A stretch of DNA of 62,142 nt, the filler included. It is 7 parts of 7 records of this genome, joined end to end, with 100 filler letters (N's around TTAATTAATTAA, not from the genome) between each part and the next. Parts side by side here need not be neighbours in the genome. Positions count along the whole stretch, not along the records: positions 40,938 to 49,003 come from SRR20825010_5232; positions 49,104 to 52,959 come from SRR20825010_5234; 5 more parts are not named here. One strand, given 5' to 3'. Within the stretch, counting starts at the first letter, position 1. Each line of letters opens with the position of its first letter. This document shows, in pieces, positions 40,838 through 51,570 of the stretch. Made by a program: the position numbers and the translations under genes. Under the pieces are notes generated by a model, which did not search any database, had not been told where the DNA came from, and was given only the letters and a program-made list of their open reading frames with translations.

Positions 40838-40937
40838 NNNNNNNNNNNNNNNNNNNNNNNNNNNNNNNNNNNNNNNNNNNNTTAATTAATTAANNNNNNN
40901 NNNNNNNNNNNNNNNNNNNNNNNNNNNNNNNNNNNNN
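40838..40937. other. artificial contig spacer
   Basis: N44-TTAATTAATTAA-N44. Confidence 0.98.
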
Positions 40938-41438
40938 GATCATGTCGGCTGGAACACCATGCTGGTGGATGGCGAATGGGTGCCGACCTTCCCCAATGCG
41001 CGCTATCTCATCGGCGCACGCGAATGGGCGCATTGGCAGACCGAAGGCGACGCCGGTAGTGAACATGTTCTGGGCGACAGCGTGCAGCCGATTTTCGACG
41101 CCGGTCTTGCCGATCTCGTCAACGACACACATCGCATCACACCGGAAGTCTATATCCGCCCCACACCCGGCCACACACCGGGCCATATCTCTGTGGTCAT
41201 TTCATCAAAAGGCGAAACCGCCGTCATCACCGGCGACCTCATGCACCACCCCTCCCAGATCGCCAATCCCGATTGGTCGTCGGGCTTTGATCACAATCAG
41301 GCACAAGCCAATGTGACACGCGCTGCTTTCATCGCGGAAATGGCAGGCTCAGGCATGCTGGTCATCGGCACCCATTTCGCCACCCCCGCCGCCGGCCATG
41401 TGGTCAAAGACGGCGCAGGCTACAAATTGAAAGTTTAA
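40938..41438 (+). CDS. MBL-fold metallo-hydrolase, 5' truncated
   Basis: DHVGWNT..VPTFPNARY, TPGHTPGH, TGDLMH, GTHF. Confidence 0.88.
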   Translation, partial: DHVGWNTMLVDGEWVPTFPNARYLIGAREWAHWQTEGDAGSEHVLGDSVQPIFDAGLADLVNDTHRITPEVYIRPTPGHTPGHISVVISSKGETAVITGDLMHHPSQIANPDWSSGFDHNQAQANVTRAAFIAEMAGSGMLVIGTHFATPAAGHVVKDGAGYKLKV

Positions 41439-41453
41439 CGCACAGGCACTCGT

Positions 41454-42236
41454 TCACTTGCACACAGACCAGATCGACATGTCGAAATGGAAATGGTCCT
41501 TGTGCAATGCGTTATATTCCGGCCCCAGCACTACATTGAAAACACGGCATGCATCATCATGCACTTTGGCCAGAAACCGCCCTTCCGGCGTCTCTTTGCC
41601 CCAGTCTTTCAGTACACTGATTTTTCGTCCGTCTTCCAGATCAAACCCGGCAATATCAATGGCACGCGCCGCCGCATGGGCGCTGCGACGCCCCTCCTTG
41701 GCATTGTTCATATTGCGGCAGGCATAAGTGCCATAGTGGCGGACCCGCGTTACGGGCGAGCCGAGCATCGCTTCCGATTGCGGCACCAGCACCTGCCGCT
41801 CCCAGATCAGCAAGGCAGCAGCCATCCCGCAACTCATATCCAGCGGCGCACCGTGGATCAGGCGCGCCTTTTTCAGCTTCACGCCTTTCTCCATGCCGCA
41901 ATCTTCGCTCTTCGATGTGATGCTGGAGCGCTCCACTTCCACCCCGCGCCGCTTCAGTGTCGCCAGACAAGCTTCATAGCGCGGTTGCAAAAGCCGCAGC
42001 TTCACATTGCTCAGCGGCCCCACAGGGTCGGTCAGTTCGATCGGCGAAAAAGGATTGATTGAATCCGGCAGCGCATGAAGCCCCCACCATGCGACCCCTG
42101 CCAGCGATCCCAATATGGCAATCCGCCCGACCAGCGATGCCAGAAGCCGCAGCCGGACCCGATAGGGTATCCAGAACCTCTCAGCGACCCTTCGGCGGAG
42201 CTTCTCTGAAATTTCGTGAATATTGAAACGCGTCAA
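41454..42236 (-). CDS. extensin-like C-terminal domain protein
   Basis: GTYACR, SAHAAARAIDI, LGPEYNALHKDHFHFD. Confidence 0.85.
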   Translation of the reverse strand: MTRFNIHEISEKLRRRVAERFWIPYRVRLRLLASLVGRIAILGSLAGVAWWGLHALPDSINPFSPIELTDPVGPLSNVKLRLLQPRYEACLATLKRRGVEVERSSITSKSEDCGMEKGVKLKKARLIHGAPLDMSCGMAAALLIWERQVLVPQSEAMLGSPVTRVRHYGTYACRNMNNAKEGRRSAHAAARAIDIAGFDLEDGRKISVLKDWGKETPEGRFLAKVHDDACRVFNVVLGPEYNALHKDHFHFDMSIWSVCK

Positions 42237-42286
42237 ATTCTCTCCGATGGCCCCAAGCCCGATATCCCCGCTTTCAGGCGGCCGGA

Positions 42287-42532
42287 TCAGAAGTCGGAAA
42301 TAATCCCCTTGTTTTCCCAGTCACCATAACGCGTCGGATCGGCATCGATCTTCCGTCCGTCAATCTCGCGCGGGCGGGGATTATTTTTTGCAGCCTCGTC
42401 AGCGAGCTTGCGACGCTCCTCCGCCTCCGCCAGAGCGCGCTTTGCAGCATCGCTCAGCACCTTGCTCGGATTTTGCTCGATCTCTAGCTGGATTCGCTCG
42501 TTCTCGTGAAGGAAACGCTCGTCTTTTGACAT
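42287..42532 (-). CDS. DUF1674 / SdhAF4-like protein
   Basis: AKRALAEAEERR, DPTRYGDWENKG..SDF. Confidence 0.9.
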   Translation of the reverse strand: MSKDERFLHENERIQLEIEQNPSKVLSDAAKRALAEAEERRKLADEAAKNNPRPREIDGRKIDADPTRYGDWENKGIISDF

Positions 42533-42642
42533 GGTTTTGATCAGATTTCATTGCTTGAAGGAGAGGCTCACGCCTCACATATAAGCAACTCTATCCCCGC
42601 TTGACCACCCGTCACGCCACCCGAGGTTCCAGACACAAGACC

Positions 42643-43506
42643 ATGAACACGATCAAGACCGCCTCACTTCTCGCAGCCCTCACCGCGCTTTTCATGGGGA
42701 TCGGCTATCTCATCGGCGGTCCCGGCGGTGCCATGATCGCGCTTATGGTTGCAGGCGGCATGAACCTCTTTGCCTATTGGCAGTCCGACAAAATGGTCCT
42801 GCGCATGCACGGCGCAACCCTCGTCGACGAACGCTCAGCCCCCCATTATGTGCGCCTCGTCCGCCAGCTCGCCCAGAACGCGCAGCTGCCCATGCCCGCC
42901 ACATACATCATGGACCAGCCCCAGCCCAATGCTTTCGCCACAGGTCGAAATCCTGAAAACGCAGCGGTCGCCGTGACAACGGGACTGCTAAATACTCTGT
43001 CATCAGAGGAATTGGCGGGCGTCCTCGCCCATGAGCTTGCCCATATCAAAAACCGCGACACGCTCACCATGACGATCACCGCGACCATCGCCGGTGCTAT
43101 TTCCATGCTGGCCAATTTCGCGCTTTTCTTTGGCGGCTCGCGCGAACGCGGCGGGCTTATCGGCTCTATCGCCCTTGCCATTCTCGCCCCCATGGCAGCA
43201 GGTCTGGTGCAAATGGCGATAAGCCGAACACGCGAATATGAGGCCGATGCCATGGGTGCCGCCATTTCCGGTCGCCCGCTCTGGCTTGCCTCCGCACTCG
43301 ACAAGATCGAAAGTGCTGCCCACCGCATAGACAATGATGCGGCTGAAGCCAATCCCGCCACCGCCCATATGTTCATCATCAATCCATTGCATGGCGGCAA
43401 GCGCGACAGCCTTTTCTCCACTCATCCGGCCACAGCCAACCGGATTGCAAAGTTGCGCGAGATAGCCGCAAATGCCGGTCGTGACGCCGGTCGGCCTTGG
43501 GGCTGA
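42643..43506 (+). CDS. htpX: zinc metalloprotease HtpX
   Basis: [27 protein letters not shown]. Confidence 0.96.
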   Translation: MNTIKTASLLAALTALFMGIGYLIGGPGGAMIALMVAGGMNLFAYWQSDKMVLRMHGATLVDERSAPHYVRLVRQLAQNAQLPMPATYIMDQPQPNAFATGRNPENAAVAVTTGLLNTLSSEELAGVLAHELAHIKNRDTLTMTITATIAGAISMLANFALFFGGSRERGGLIGSIALAILAPMAAGLVQMAISRTREYEADAMGAAISGRPLWLASALDKIESAAHRIDNDAAEANPATAHMFIINPLHGGKRDSLFSTHPATANRIAKLREIAANAGRDAGRPWG

Positions 43507-43585
43507 ATATAATCAGCCCACTGACTAATAAAGCATCAAAATACCGCACTTCCCTGCAAGGCAGGCTTGTGCTTTAACCTCCCCC

Positions 43586-44920
43586 ATGAGCGACACAGAC
43601 ACACACGATCGGGATGCCGGCCTCGCCGCCCGTCAGGGCGCGCACCGGCTGATTACCGCCGTTTTGAAGCAAAAACGCGCGCTGGACGAGGCCTTTGCCG
43701 ACGAAGCCACTAAGGGCGCATTGGCAGGGCTCGCACCCGCAGACCGTGGCTTTGCGCGCGCCATCGCCACAACCGCATTGCGCCATATCGGCGAAATCGA
43801 TCTCGTCATCAAACGCCTTCTCGACAAGAAACTGCCACCCCGCGCCGGCCTCACCCAAACCATTCTTCGTGCCGCCATTGCCGAGATCCTGTTTCTCGAC
43901 GTCAAGCACCACGCCGCAGTTGACCTAGCCGTGGAAGCGGCGTCGCGAGATGATGATGCAATGCATTTCAAATCTCTGGTCAATGCCGTCTTGCGTCGTC
44001 TGCTGCGCGAGACAGATGCCATCCGCACCGGCATTGATGGCGAGCGCGCCGCCCTACCGCAATGGCTCTGGCGCAGCTGGATCGGCATTTATGGCGAGAT
44101 CAAAACCCGCGAAATCATCCGAGCCCAGTTCAACGAGCCGCCGCTTGATCTGACCGTTAAAGACGAAACACAGCTTGCCCATTGGGCCGAAAAGCTCAAC
44201 GCGAGGATCCTGCCCAGCGGCTCTTTGCGTCTCAACGCATCAGGTCGCGTCGAACTTCTCGAAGGTTTCGACGAGGGTGCTTGGTGGGTGCAGGACGCGG
44301 CCGCCGCATTACCAACAAAACTATTGGGCAATGTGAAGGACCGCGACGTACTTGATCTGTGTGCGGCACCCGGCGGCAAAACACTCTGGCTCGCCTCGCG
44401 CGGCGCCAATGTGACAGCACTTGATCGCTCCGCTCCACGACTGGAACGCCTCACACAAAATCTTGAACGCTTGTCACTCAAGGCCGAAATCATTGTTGAG
44501 GACGCAACCAAATTCGCGCCCGAACGGCAATGGGATGCAATCCTGCTTGATGCGCCATGCACGGCCACCGGCACCGCACGCCGTCACCCCGATGTGCTGC
44601 AACTCAAATCAGCCGCTGACCGCGACCGCCTCGCACAATTGCAATCACGCCTTCTTGCACATTGCGCCACATTGCTTTCAGTTGGCGGCACGCTTGTCTA
44701 TTGCACCTGTTCGCTGGAACCAGAAGAAGGTCCGAAACAGATCAGCACCTTTCTGGAAAGCCATCCCGACTTTGCGCGCGCAATCATTGACGCATCGGAG
44801 ATCGGCGACATGGCGGAAGCCATCACAAAGGATGGCGACCTGCGCACTCTGCCCTGTCATTTGCCTGAGCTAGGCGGTCTCGACGGCTTCTACGCCGCCC
44901 GCCTGATCCGCATCACATGA
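43586..44920 (+). CDS. rsmB: RsmB/NOP family RNA cytosine-C5 methyltransferase with NusB-like N-terminus
   Basis: WVQD, DLCAAPGGKT, LLDAPC, YCTCSLEPEEG. Confidence 0.88.
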   Translation: MSDTDTHDRDAGLAARQGAHRLITAVLKQKRALDEAFADEATKGALAGLAPADRGFARAIATTALRHIGEIDLVIKRLLDKKLPPRAGLTQTILRAAIAEILFLDVKHHAAVDLAVEAASRDDDAMHFKSLVNAVLRRLLRETDAIRTGIDGERAALPQWLWRSWIGIYGEIKTREIIRAQFNEPPLDLTVKDETQLAHWAEKLNARILPSGSLRLNASGRVELLEGFDEGAWWVQDAAAALPTKLLGNVKDRDVLDLCAAPGGKTLWLASRGANVTALDRSAPRLERLTQNLERLSLKAEIIVEDATKFAPERQWDAILLDAPCTATGTARRHPDVLQLKSAADRDRLAQLQSRLLAHCATLLSVGGTLVYCTCSLEPEEGPKQISTFLESHPDFARAIIDASEIGDMAEAITKDGDLRTLPCHLPELGGLDGFYAARLIRIT

Positions 44921-44935
44921 TTCCGCACGTTGCAT

Positions 44936-45715
44936 CTATTCGGCTTGAACGAGATGCATTTTTTCGCGCGGCACAAACAGATAATCCGAGTTATTGCCAA
45001 ACTGTGTCACGGCGATCATGCGGTAGTCGATCTGCTCTCTGGTTTCAAAAGCAGCGTAATCTAGAGGCAGGATGAGATCGAATATGTCCTGAGGCGTTGC
45101 GCCGGCGCGTAGGAGTGTTGGCTCGGTAATTTCAAGTTGCAGGATCGGCCGGTATTTCTGAATGACCCCGATCGCACCTTTGAGAAAATTAAACTCCCAG
45201 CCCTCGATATCGACCTTGATGAAATCGACGCGCTGAAGGTCTTGCTCGCCAGCATATTTGTCCAGTGTCGTGATGGAAATGCTCTCGCTGGCATGTTTGC
45301 GGCCATCCGCAACCGGCCCGATATGCGAAAGACCATAACCCATGGTCCCGCTCCGCTTCAGCGGCACATTCAGCGTTTCGACGGTCTCGGCATCGGAGAG
45401 GCCATAAGGCACCACGACCACATTCTTGAACCCGCGCCAGGCCACCACTTTGCTCAAAATGGATCGCGCATAGCCGCCCGGCTCGAATGCATAAACCCGC
45501 CCCTGCGGCACAAGCCGCGCAAAAATCTTCGTATGCTGTCCCGAATGGGCGCCGACATCGATGATGACACCATTATCGGGCACCAGGGGCCTTATCTGAT
45601 CGCTGAGTTCCGCATGATACTGATAGGCCAGCGCTTTATAGAGATGTGCAGCCCATGTGAGCCTCTGGCGGAAGCTCAGCTTCGGGCCCCGCGTCATCAC
45701 ATTCCCCTGTCCCAT
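44936..45715 (-). CDS. FkbM family methyltransferase
   Basis: IDVGAHSG, YAFEP, FIKVDIEGWE. Confidence 0.9.
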   Translation of the reverse strand: MGQGNVMTRGPKLSFRQRLTWAAHLYKALAYQYHAELSDQIRPLVPDNGVIIDVGAHSGQHTKIFARLVPQGRVYAFEPGGYARSILSKVVAWRGFKNVVVVPYGLSDAETVETLNVPLKRSGTMGYGLSHIGPVADGRKHASESISITTLDKYAGEQDLQRVDFIKVDIEGWEFNFLKGAIGVIQKYRPILQLEITEPTLLRAGATPQDIFDLILPLDYAAFETREQIDYRMIAVTQFGNNSDYLFVPREKMHLVQAE

Positions 45716-45893
45716 TTTTGCCCCTTGATTATGACGCAGCCGCCGCTATCACTCTGGCAACGCTCTGTCCTTGCACCCGAAGTTTCTAGCTGTTAAGCAC
45801 TGAAATTAGCAAGATATAGTGGTTTCGACCGGCGAGTACCGCCAGTATCAGGTGCCGGAGACTTCCACCAAGGTGTGCCGAGCGAGGGTCCAT

Positions 45894-46565
45894 ATGAGCG
45901 CGCAAACTCCCGTCAAAATCGCACCGTCCATTCTGGCGTCCGATTTTTCCAAACTGGGCGAAGAGGTTCGGGCCATCGACAAGGCCGGAGCAGACTACAT
46001 CCATATCGACGTAATGGATGGCCATTTCGTACCCAACATCACGATCGGTCCCGACGTCGTAAAGGCGCTACGCCCGCATACGGCTAAGACCTTCGACGTG
46101 CATCTGATGATTTCGCCTGTCGATCTCTATATCGACGCTTTCGCAAATGCCGGTGCTAATATTATTTCATTCCATCCAGAAGCCGGTCACCATCCCCATC
46201 GCACCGTACAGGCGATCCGTGCGGCAGGCGCGAAGCCCGGTCTGGTACTCAATCCTGCAACACCCCTTGAAGTGCTCTGGCCGCTGCTAAACGATATCGA
46301 CCTCGTTCTGGTGATGAGTGTCAATCCGGGTTTTGGTGGACAGAGCTTCATCGAAAGCCAGCTTGCCCGCATCGCGACGATCCGCAAGGCCATTGACGCG
46401 TCAGGACGCAGCATCGAACTGGAAGTCGATGGTGGCATCAATTTCGGCACGGCACCGCGCGCTATTGCAGCAGGTGCAGATGTGCTTGTGGCCGGTACAG
46501 CGACCTTCAAAGGCGGTGAAGCCGCCTATGCCGCCAACATTGCAAAACTTCGCGGGAGTGCTTGA
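45894..46565 (+). CDS. rpe: ribulose-phosphate 3-epimerase
   Basis: IAPSIL, HIDVMDGHFVPN, MSVNPGFGGQ, EVDGG. Confidence 0.97.
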   Translation: MSAQTPVKIAPSILASDFSKLGEEVRAIDKAGADYIHIDVMDGHFVPNITIGPDVVKALRPHTAKTFDVHLMISPVDLYIDAFANAGANIISFHPEAGHHPHRTVQAIRAAGAKPGLVLNPATPLEVLWPLLNDIDLVLVMSVNPGFGGQSFIESQLARIATIRKAIDASGRSIELEVDGGINFGTAPRAIAAGADVLVAGTATFKGGEAAYAANIAKLRGSA

Positions 46566-46623
46566 TCGGACCCTTTATGCCGAAATCCGCTCTTTAGCGG
46601 CATTTTCACAAGGCCAATGGCAG

Positions 46624-48543
46624 ATGAGACAAGCAGACACGGAGACAAAGGAGACTGACGCGCTGACACCGTCATCCATGACGGTGCCTCCAGCCGACGC
46701 CTATCCCATGCCCGCGCATCTGGCCATGCCACCCGGCAACCGAACAACTGATCTCATCAGTGCTGCATTGATACGCGGTCGCGACAGGCTGCTGGCACGC
46801 ACCTATGCCAGCTGGGCCTATGGCAAATCTCTGCGCGGGCCGATGCCCGACCACATGATCCACTATCCGCGCGATCTGCGACCCGGCCGCGCCGAAACAG
46901 CAGATACGCTATTCCAGGGGCGCTGGACACTTCCGGGCGGGCAGGTCCGGACCGATGGCAGCACACCGTTTGATGCAGACGCTCCGTCCGAAGTCTGGAG
47001 CGAAGAATTGCACGGATTTTCATGGCTCCGGCATTTCTCGGCAGCCGGTGGCGACGCAGCGCGCACCTATGCCCAAACCCTTGTCGCCCGCTGGATCGTG
47101 GAAGCCGGCCAATGGAATGACATTGCCTGGCGCCCGCATGTGGTCGGCCGACGCCTGACATCATGGGTGTCCAACGGCGCCCTGATCATTGACGGGTCTG
47201 ACCTCATCTACCGCTCGACACTCCTGCGCAACATGGCCCGTCAGGCCCGCCATCTGGCGCGCACGGCCTCACTGGCACCTGCTGGCGAGCCACGCTTTAC
47301 CGCTGCGCTCGGCCTTGCCTTCTCTGGTCTCTGCCTTTCAGAAGGCCAGAAGCGGCTCGACAAGGGGCTGATGCTGGTCTGTCGTGAGATCGACCGGCAG
47401 ATTTTAGCCGATGGCGGTCACGTCAGCCGCAATCCGGCCGCGATGCATTCGATACTGCTCGATCTGATTTCGTTGCGCGAAGCTCTGGTCCAGCGCCGCC
47501 TTGAAGTGCCAAAGACAATCCGGGACGCAATAGACCGCATGATGCCGATGTTGCGTTTCTTCCGGCATGGTGACGGACGCATGGCGCTCTTCAATGGCTC
47601 CAATGAGGGCATAGACGGCACGATCGATGCCGCACTTGCGCAAGATGATGCCAAAGGACGTCCCTTCGGCTTTGCACCCCATTCGGGCTATCAGCGCATG
47701 GTGGCGGGTCCAAGCTATGTCGTGGCCGATACCGGCCCGCCACCACCCGGCCGCTATAGCCACGCAGCCCATGCGGGCTGCCTGTCATTCGAGATGAGCG
47801 TCAAGTCAGGACGCCTTGTCGTGAATTGCGGCTCCACAAGGGTGCTGGGCCCTGACTGGGAAGCCGCAAGCCGCGCCACCGCTGCACAATCCACATTGGT
47901 TTTGGCAGATACATCTTCCGCCCGCATCTTGCGCGCCAAGATCGGCCGTGCCCTTCTCGGCACACGCCTGATGGAGGGTCCGCGCCGTGTGGAAAGCCGT
48001 CGCAGCGAAAACGATGACGGTATCTGGCTGGAAGCTGCACATAACGGCTATGAAAAGCGCTTCGGACTGGTCCATCGCCGCCGCCTTTTCCTCTATGCCA
48101 GCGGCGAAGAATTGCGTGGCGAGGATATGCTGCTCCCATCCAATGCCCCCAAAGGACTGATGGATCGCTGGCACCGGCGCCATACACCCGCAGACTTGCC
48201 CTACACAATTCGCTTTCACCTCCATCCCGATGCCCGCGCCTCGCTGGCCCATGACGGATCCAATGTGCTTGTGCTTTTGAGCAATGGTGATGGCTGGCAG
48301 TTCCGTGCCGCAAGCGCTGGTGGACCCGCCGCAATCTCACTGGAAGAAAGCGTCTACCTTGGCGCTGGCGAGCCGGCCCGTCGTTCCGAGCAAATCGTAG
48401 TGACCGGCGCAACATTTAGACAAGAAGCCAAAGTAAATTGGGCTTGGCGGCGACTTTCCAATCGCCATAGCGGTTCGACAAAGCCAAACCCTGAGGCAGA
48501 GCCAGTACCTGAATTGCCTGACCTAACGCCGGATACTGACTGA
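46624..48543 (+). CDS. heparinase II/III family protein (start uncertain)
   Basis: LHGFSWLRH, QILADGGHVSRNP, AHAGCLSFE, IRFHLHP; located between rpe and purH. Confidence 0.85.
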   Translation: MRQADTETKETDALTPSSMTVPPADAYPMPAHLAMPPGNRTTDLISAALIRGRDRLLARTYASWAYGKSLRGPMPDHMIHYPRDLRPGRAETADTLFQGRWTLPGGQVRTDGSTPFDADAPSEVWSEELHGFSWLRHFSAAGGDAARTYAQTLVARWIVEAGQWNDIAWRPHVVGRRLTSWVSNGALIIDGSDLIYRSTLLRNMARQARHLARTASLAPAGEPRFTAALGLAFSGLCLSEGQKRLDKGLMLVCREIDRQILADGGHVSRNPAAMHSILLDLISLREALVQRRLEVPKTIRDAIDRMMPMLRFFRHGDGRMALFNGSNEGIDGTIDAALAQDDAKGRPFGFAPHSGYQRMVAGPSYVVADTGPPPPGRYSHAAHAGCLSFEMSVKSGRLVVNCGSTRVLGPDWEAASRATAAQSTLVLADTSSARILRAKIGRALLGTRLMEGPRRVESRRSENDDGIWLEAAHNGYEKRFGLVHRRRLFLYASGEELRGEDMLLPSNAPKGLMDRWHRRHTPADLPYTIRFHLHPDARASLAHDGSNVLVLLSNGDGWQFRAASAGGPAAISLEESVYLGAGEPARRSEQIVVTGATFRQEAKVNWAWRRLSNRHSGSTKPNPEAEPVPELPDLTPDTD

Positions 48544-48684
48544 GCGGCGACCAAAATCGGCAGTAACCATTTGCCGCATCGCCCCTTTTGGACTGAATAC
48601 GCCGTTGAACTTGGCCCTCGGGGCGGAATTGTGCTATCGCCCTGCCATCCCGCGCCCAGCCCCGTTTCAGCAAAAGAGCCGCCC

Positions 48685-49003
48685 ATGTCCGTGTCCACCA
48701 AAACCCTTCCCGAAGCCGCCGATCTCCAGCCCGTTCGCCGCGCCCTATTGTCTGTTTCCGACAAAACCGGCCTGATCGAATTTGCCCGGGCGCTGCATGA
48801 AGAGGGTGTGGAACTGGTATCCACCGGCGGCACATCGAAGGCCATTGCCGATGCAGGTCTGCCGGTAAAGGATGTATCGGACCTGACCAATTTTCCCGAG
48901 ATGATGGATGGCCGTGTCAAGACCCTGCATCCCAAAGTACATGGCGGTCTGCTGGCTGTGCGCGACGATGCCGACCATAAAGCTGCAATGGAAGCGCACG
49001 GGA
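48685..49003 (+). CDS. purH: bifunctional AICAR transformylase/IMP cyclohydrolase, 3' truncated
   Basis: [24 protein letters not shown]. Confidence 0.96.
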
Positions 49004-49103
49004 NNNNNNNNNNNNNNNNNNNNNNNNNNNNNNNNNNNNNNNNNNNNTTAATTAATTAANNNNNNNNNNNNNNNNNNNNNNNNNNNNNNNNNNNNNNNNN
49101 NNN
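49004..49103. other. artificial contig spacer
   Basis: N44-TTAATTAATTAA-N44. Confidence 0.98.
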
Positions 49104-50498
49104 TTCACGCCGGGTGACGGTGCGCGTCTGCGGGAATTACTCGCGCCGCTTACACGTTTTTTCGGGCGCGCGGCAAACAAAGCAATGATTGCGAAATGGA
49201 ACGATCTCGGCGGGCGACTGGAAACCTATCGCGCGCAGTTGCGCCAGATCATTGTCTTCCTGGTCTGTATTATGGTCGCGGGGGGTATTCTTGCGGCAAC
49301 GCTGGCCGTCGCACTCCGCCAGTCGCGTCAACGCAACCTGATGCTGCAGCGTTCACGAGATTTTTCGACTCTACTCGTCTCGTCCAGCGGTGAAGGTATC
49401 CTTGCGGTGGATCGTGCCGGACGTTGCACGCTGTGGAATGACGCGATGGCGAGTCTCATGGGGAAATCGGCTGAACAGGCCGTGGGACGACCTCTGGCTG
49501 ACCTGGCGGGGTTCTTCGATATTGCTCCGCTACAGGAAAGAATCGCACGGGCACTTGACGGAGAAACTGCGCGTCTCGCCCTGCAACCACTGTTCCATCA
49601 GGATGACGCAGACCCGCGCTATGTGGATATGAGGTTCTTCCCGATGCGCCACGACGATGCTATCATCGGCGCGATCCTGTTCCTGCATGATGCGACGGAC
49701 CGTCACGCAGCGCAGCAACGAGACGCCGAGGACCGGGACCGCCTTGAAGAGTTGGTCGTCGAACGCACCCGCGATCTGGACAAAGCTCTGCAGCGGGAAC
49801 GCTCGGCCGTCGATCTCTACCGCAATTTCGCGGCGATGGTGTCTCATCAGTTCCGCACACCGCTGGCCGTGGCGGATTCGGCTTTGCAACGATTGATCCG
49901 CCGGGGGCCGCGCGCGGAGTCGGACGAAGTTGTAGAACGTGCCGGTCGCGCCCGCAACGCCATCGCCGGGTTGACGCGGTTGGTGGACAGCACCTTGGAT
50001 GCCGCACGATTGGACGCGGGGCAACTCGGGGCGCAGCGGGTGCGATGTTCGCTGGAAGAGATCGTCGGGACGGTTTGCACCCGCCAGCGCGAAGCCGAGC
50101 CGGAGCGTACGATCCATGTTCGGCAGGAGACGGAAGACGGCGCTGCTGTATTCTGCGACCCGGCCCATGCCGAGCAGATACTGGAAAACCTATTGTCGAA
50201 CGCGAGAAAATATGCTTGCCCGGAAACGCCGATTTCGATAAATTTACAAGGCGATGTGCAAAACATGTTCTGCGATGTTCACAGCGAAGGTGATCCGATC
50301 CCCAAAGACGAACGGGAGCGGGTATTCGACCGCAATTACCGTGGCACAAACAGCGCGGGAAGCGCGGGCACCGGAATTGGGTTGTTCATGGCGCGAACGC
50401 TGGCGCGGATGCAGGGCGGCGACGTTACCCTGCAGACGGAGAGTGAAGGCGTGACCTTTCGCATAACACTGCCCCGGTTCGAGGCGAGACCGGCATGA
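49104..50498 (+). CDS. PAS-domain sensor histidine kinase, probably 5' truncated
   Basis: Frame open from the contig edge; TM, PAS, H-box SHQFRTPL, N-box NLLSNARKY, G-box GTGIGL. Confidence 0.9.
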   Translation, partial: FTPGDGARLRELLAPLTRFFGRAANKAMIAKWNDLGGRLETYRAQLRQIIVFLVCIMVAGGILAATLAVALRQSRQRNLMLQRSRDFSTLLVSSSGEGILAVDRAGRCTLWNDAMASLMGKSAEQAVGRPLADLAGFFDIAPLQERIARALDGETARLALQPLFHQDDADPRYVDMRFFPMRHDDAIIGAILFLHDATDRHAAQQRDAEDRDRLEELVVERTRDLDKALQRERSAVDLYRNFAAMVSHQFRTPLAVADSALQRLIRRGPRAESDEVVERAGRARNAIAGLTRLVDSTLDAARLDAGQLGAQRVRCSLEEIVGTVCTRQREAEPERTIHVRQETEDGAAVFCDPAHAEQILENLLSNARKYACPETPISINLQGDVQNMFCDVHSEGDPIPKDERERVFDRNYRGTNSAGSAGTGIGLFMARTLARMQGGDVTLQTESEGVTFRITLPRFEARPA

Positions 50499-51547
50499 CG
50501 CGTTTGACCTCCTCCGCCCTGATTTTCGTTGTCGAAGACGAAGACGCTCTGCGCCGCGACATTGTCGAAGAGTTGCAGGAATCCGGCTATCGCACCATGG
50601 AAGCCGCGAATGGCGATGCTGCGCTGGCCCTGCTTGCAAGCTCCACCCCCGATCTTTTTCTATGCGATATCTCGATGCCGGGCCTGGACGGCTACGGGGT
50701 GCTTCAGTCTCTGCGCCAACAGCGTTCCGAGCTGGCTGCAACGCCTTTCGTCTTTCTGACCGCCTTGTCCGAGCCGCACGAGATCGTAGAGGGAAAACTG
50801 CTGGGCGCTGACGACTATCTGGTCAAGCCAGTCGATTACGACCTGATGCTGGCCACGATCGCGGCCCGTCTGCGTCAAGTCCAACGCATCCGCAAGTATC
50901 ATGATGGTGAACTGGCGGCGCTGCGGGACGCACTTCCCGGAATGACGGGTAAGGGGACCGAACAGGCGCTGGACCTTGTTACGGTGGGGGTCGTGCTTCT
51001 GGATGGCGTGGGGCGGGTACTCCATGCCAACAGTGCCGCTCATGAATTGGCTGCGTCGGACGACTGTATCCGCATCCAGACGGAGGGGGTGGTCGCCTTG
51101 AGTACGGTTTCAGGGAGGGCGTTCCGACGCTCCGTTTCCGAAACACTCGAGGCAGCAAAGGCTGGTGAAGAGAAGGTGGCCGGAATCATGCTGCATCGTG
51201 TGATGGGCGCGGGTACCGTATCGGCGCTGGCTTGCGCGTTGCCAACGCGGCAGACCGACCGACCCGGCGCGCCGGCTTTGGCATTGTTCCTTGCCGCCCC
51301 AGAACGCCTCGGGCACGTGCCGGAAACGCTGCTGATGGATCTGTTCGGATTGACCCCGACCGAGGCGCGTGTCGCGGGGGCGCTGGCCAACGGTGCTCGC
51401 AAGGTCGATGTCGCGGAGGAGCTAGGCGTGTCGCACACCACCATCGCGTTCCACATGCGCAACCTGTTTGAGAAAACCGGCACGAATCGTCAAGCCGATC
51501 TGGTCGCGCTGGTCCTCGCTGGCCCGATGATGATAAAGTCGGAATGA
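50495..51547 (+). CDS. response regulator, REC + PAS-like + LuxR HTH
   Basis: VVEDE, DISMPGLDG, KP, C-terminal LTPTEARV..H.RNLFEKTG; ATGA overlap with the kinase. Confidence 0.9.
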   Translation: MTRLTSSALIFVVEDEDALRRDIVEELQESGYRTMEAANGDAALALLASSTPDLFLCDISMPGLDGYGVLQSLRQQRSELAATPFVFLTALSEPHEIVEGKLLGADDYLVKPVDYDLMLATIAARLRQVQRIRKYHDGELAALRDALPGMTGKGTEQALDLVTVGVVLLDGVGRVLHANSAAHELAASDDCIRIQTEGVVALSTVSGRAFRRSVSETLEAAKAGEEKVAGIMLHRVMGAGTVSALACALPTRQTDRPGAPALALFLAAPERLGHVPETLLMDLFGLTPTEARVAGALANGARKVDVAEELGVSHTTIAFHMRNLFEKTGTNRQADLVALVLAGPMMIKSE

Positions 51548-51570
51548 AATGAAAGCCGATCCATCGTGGA

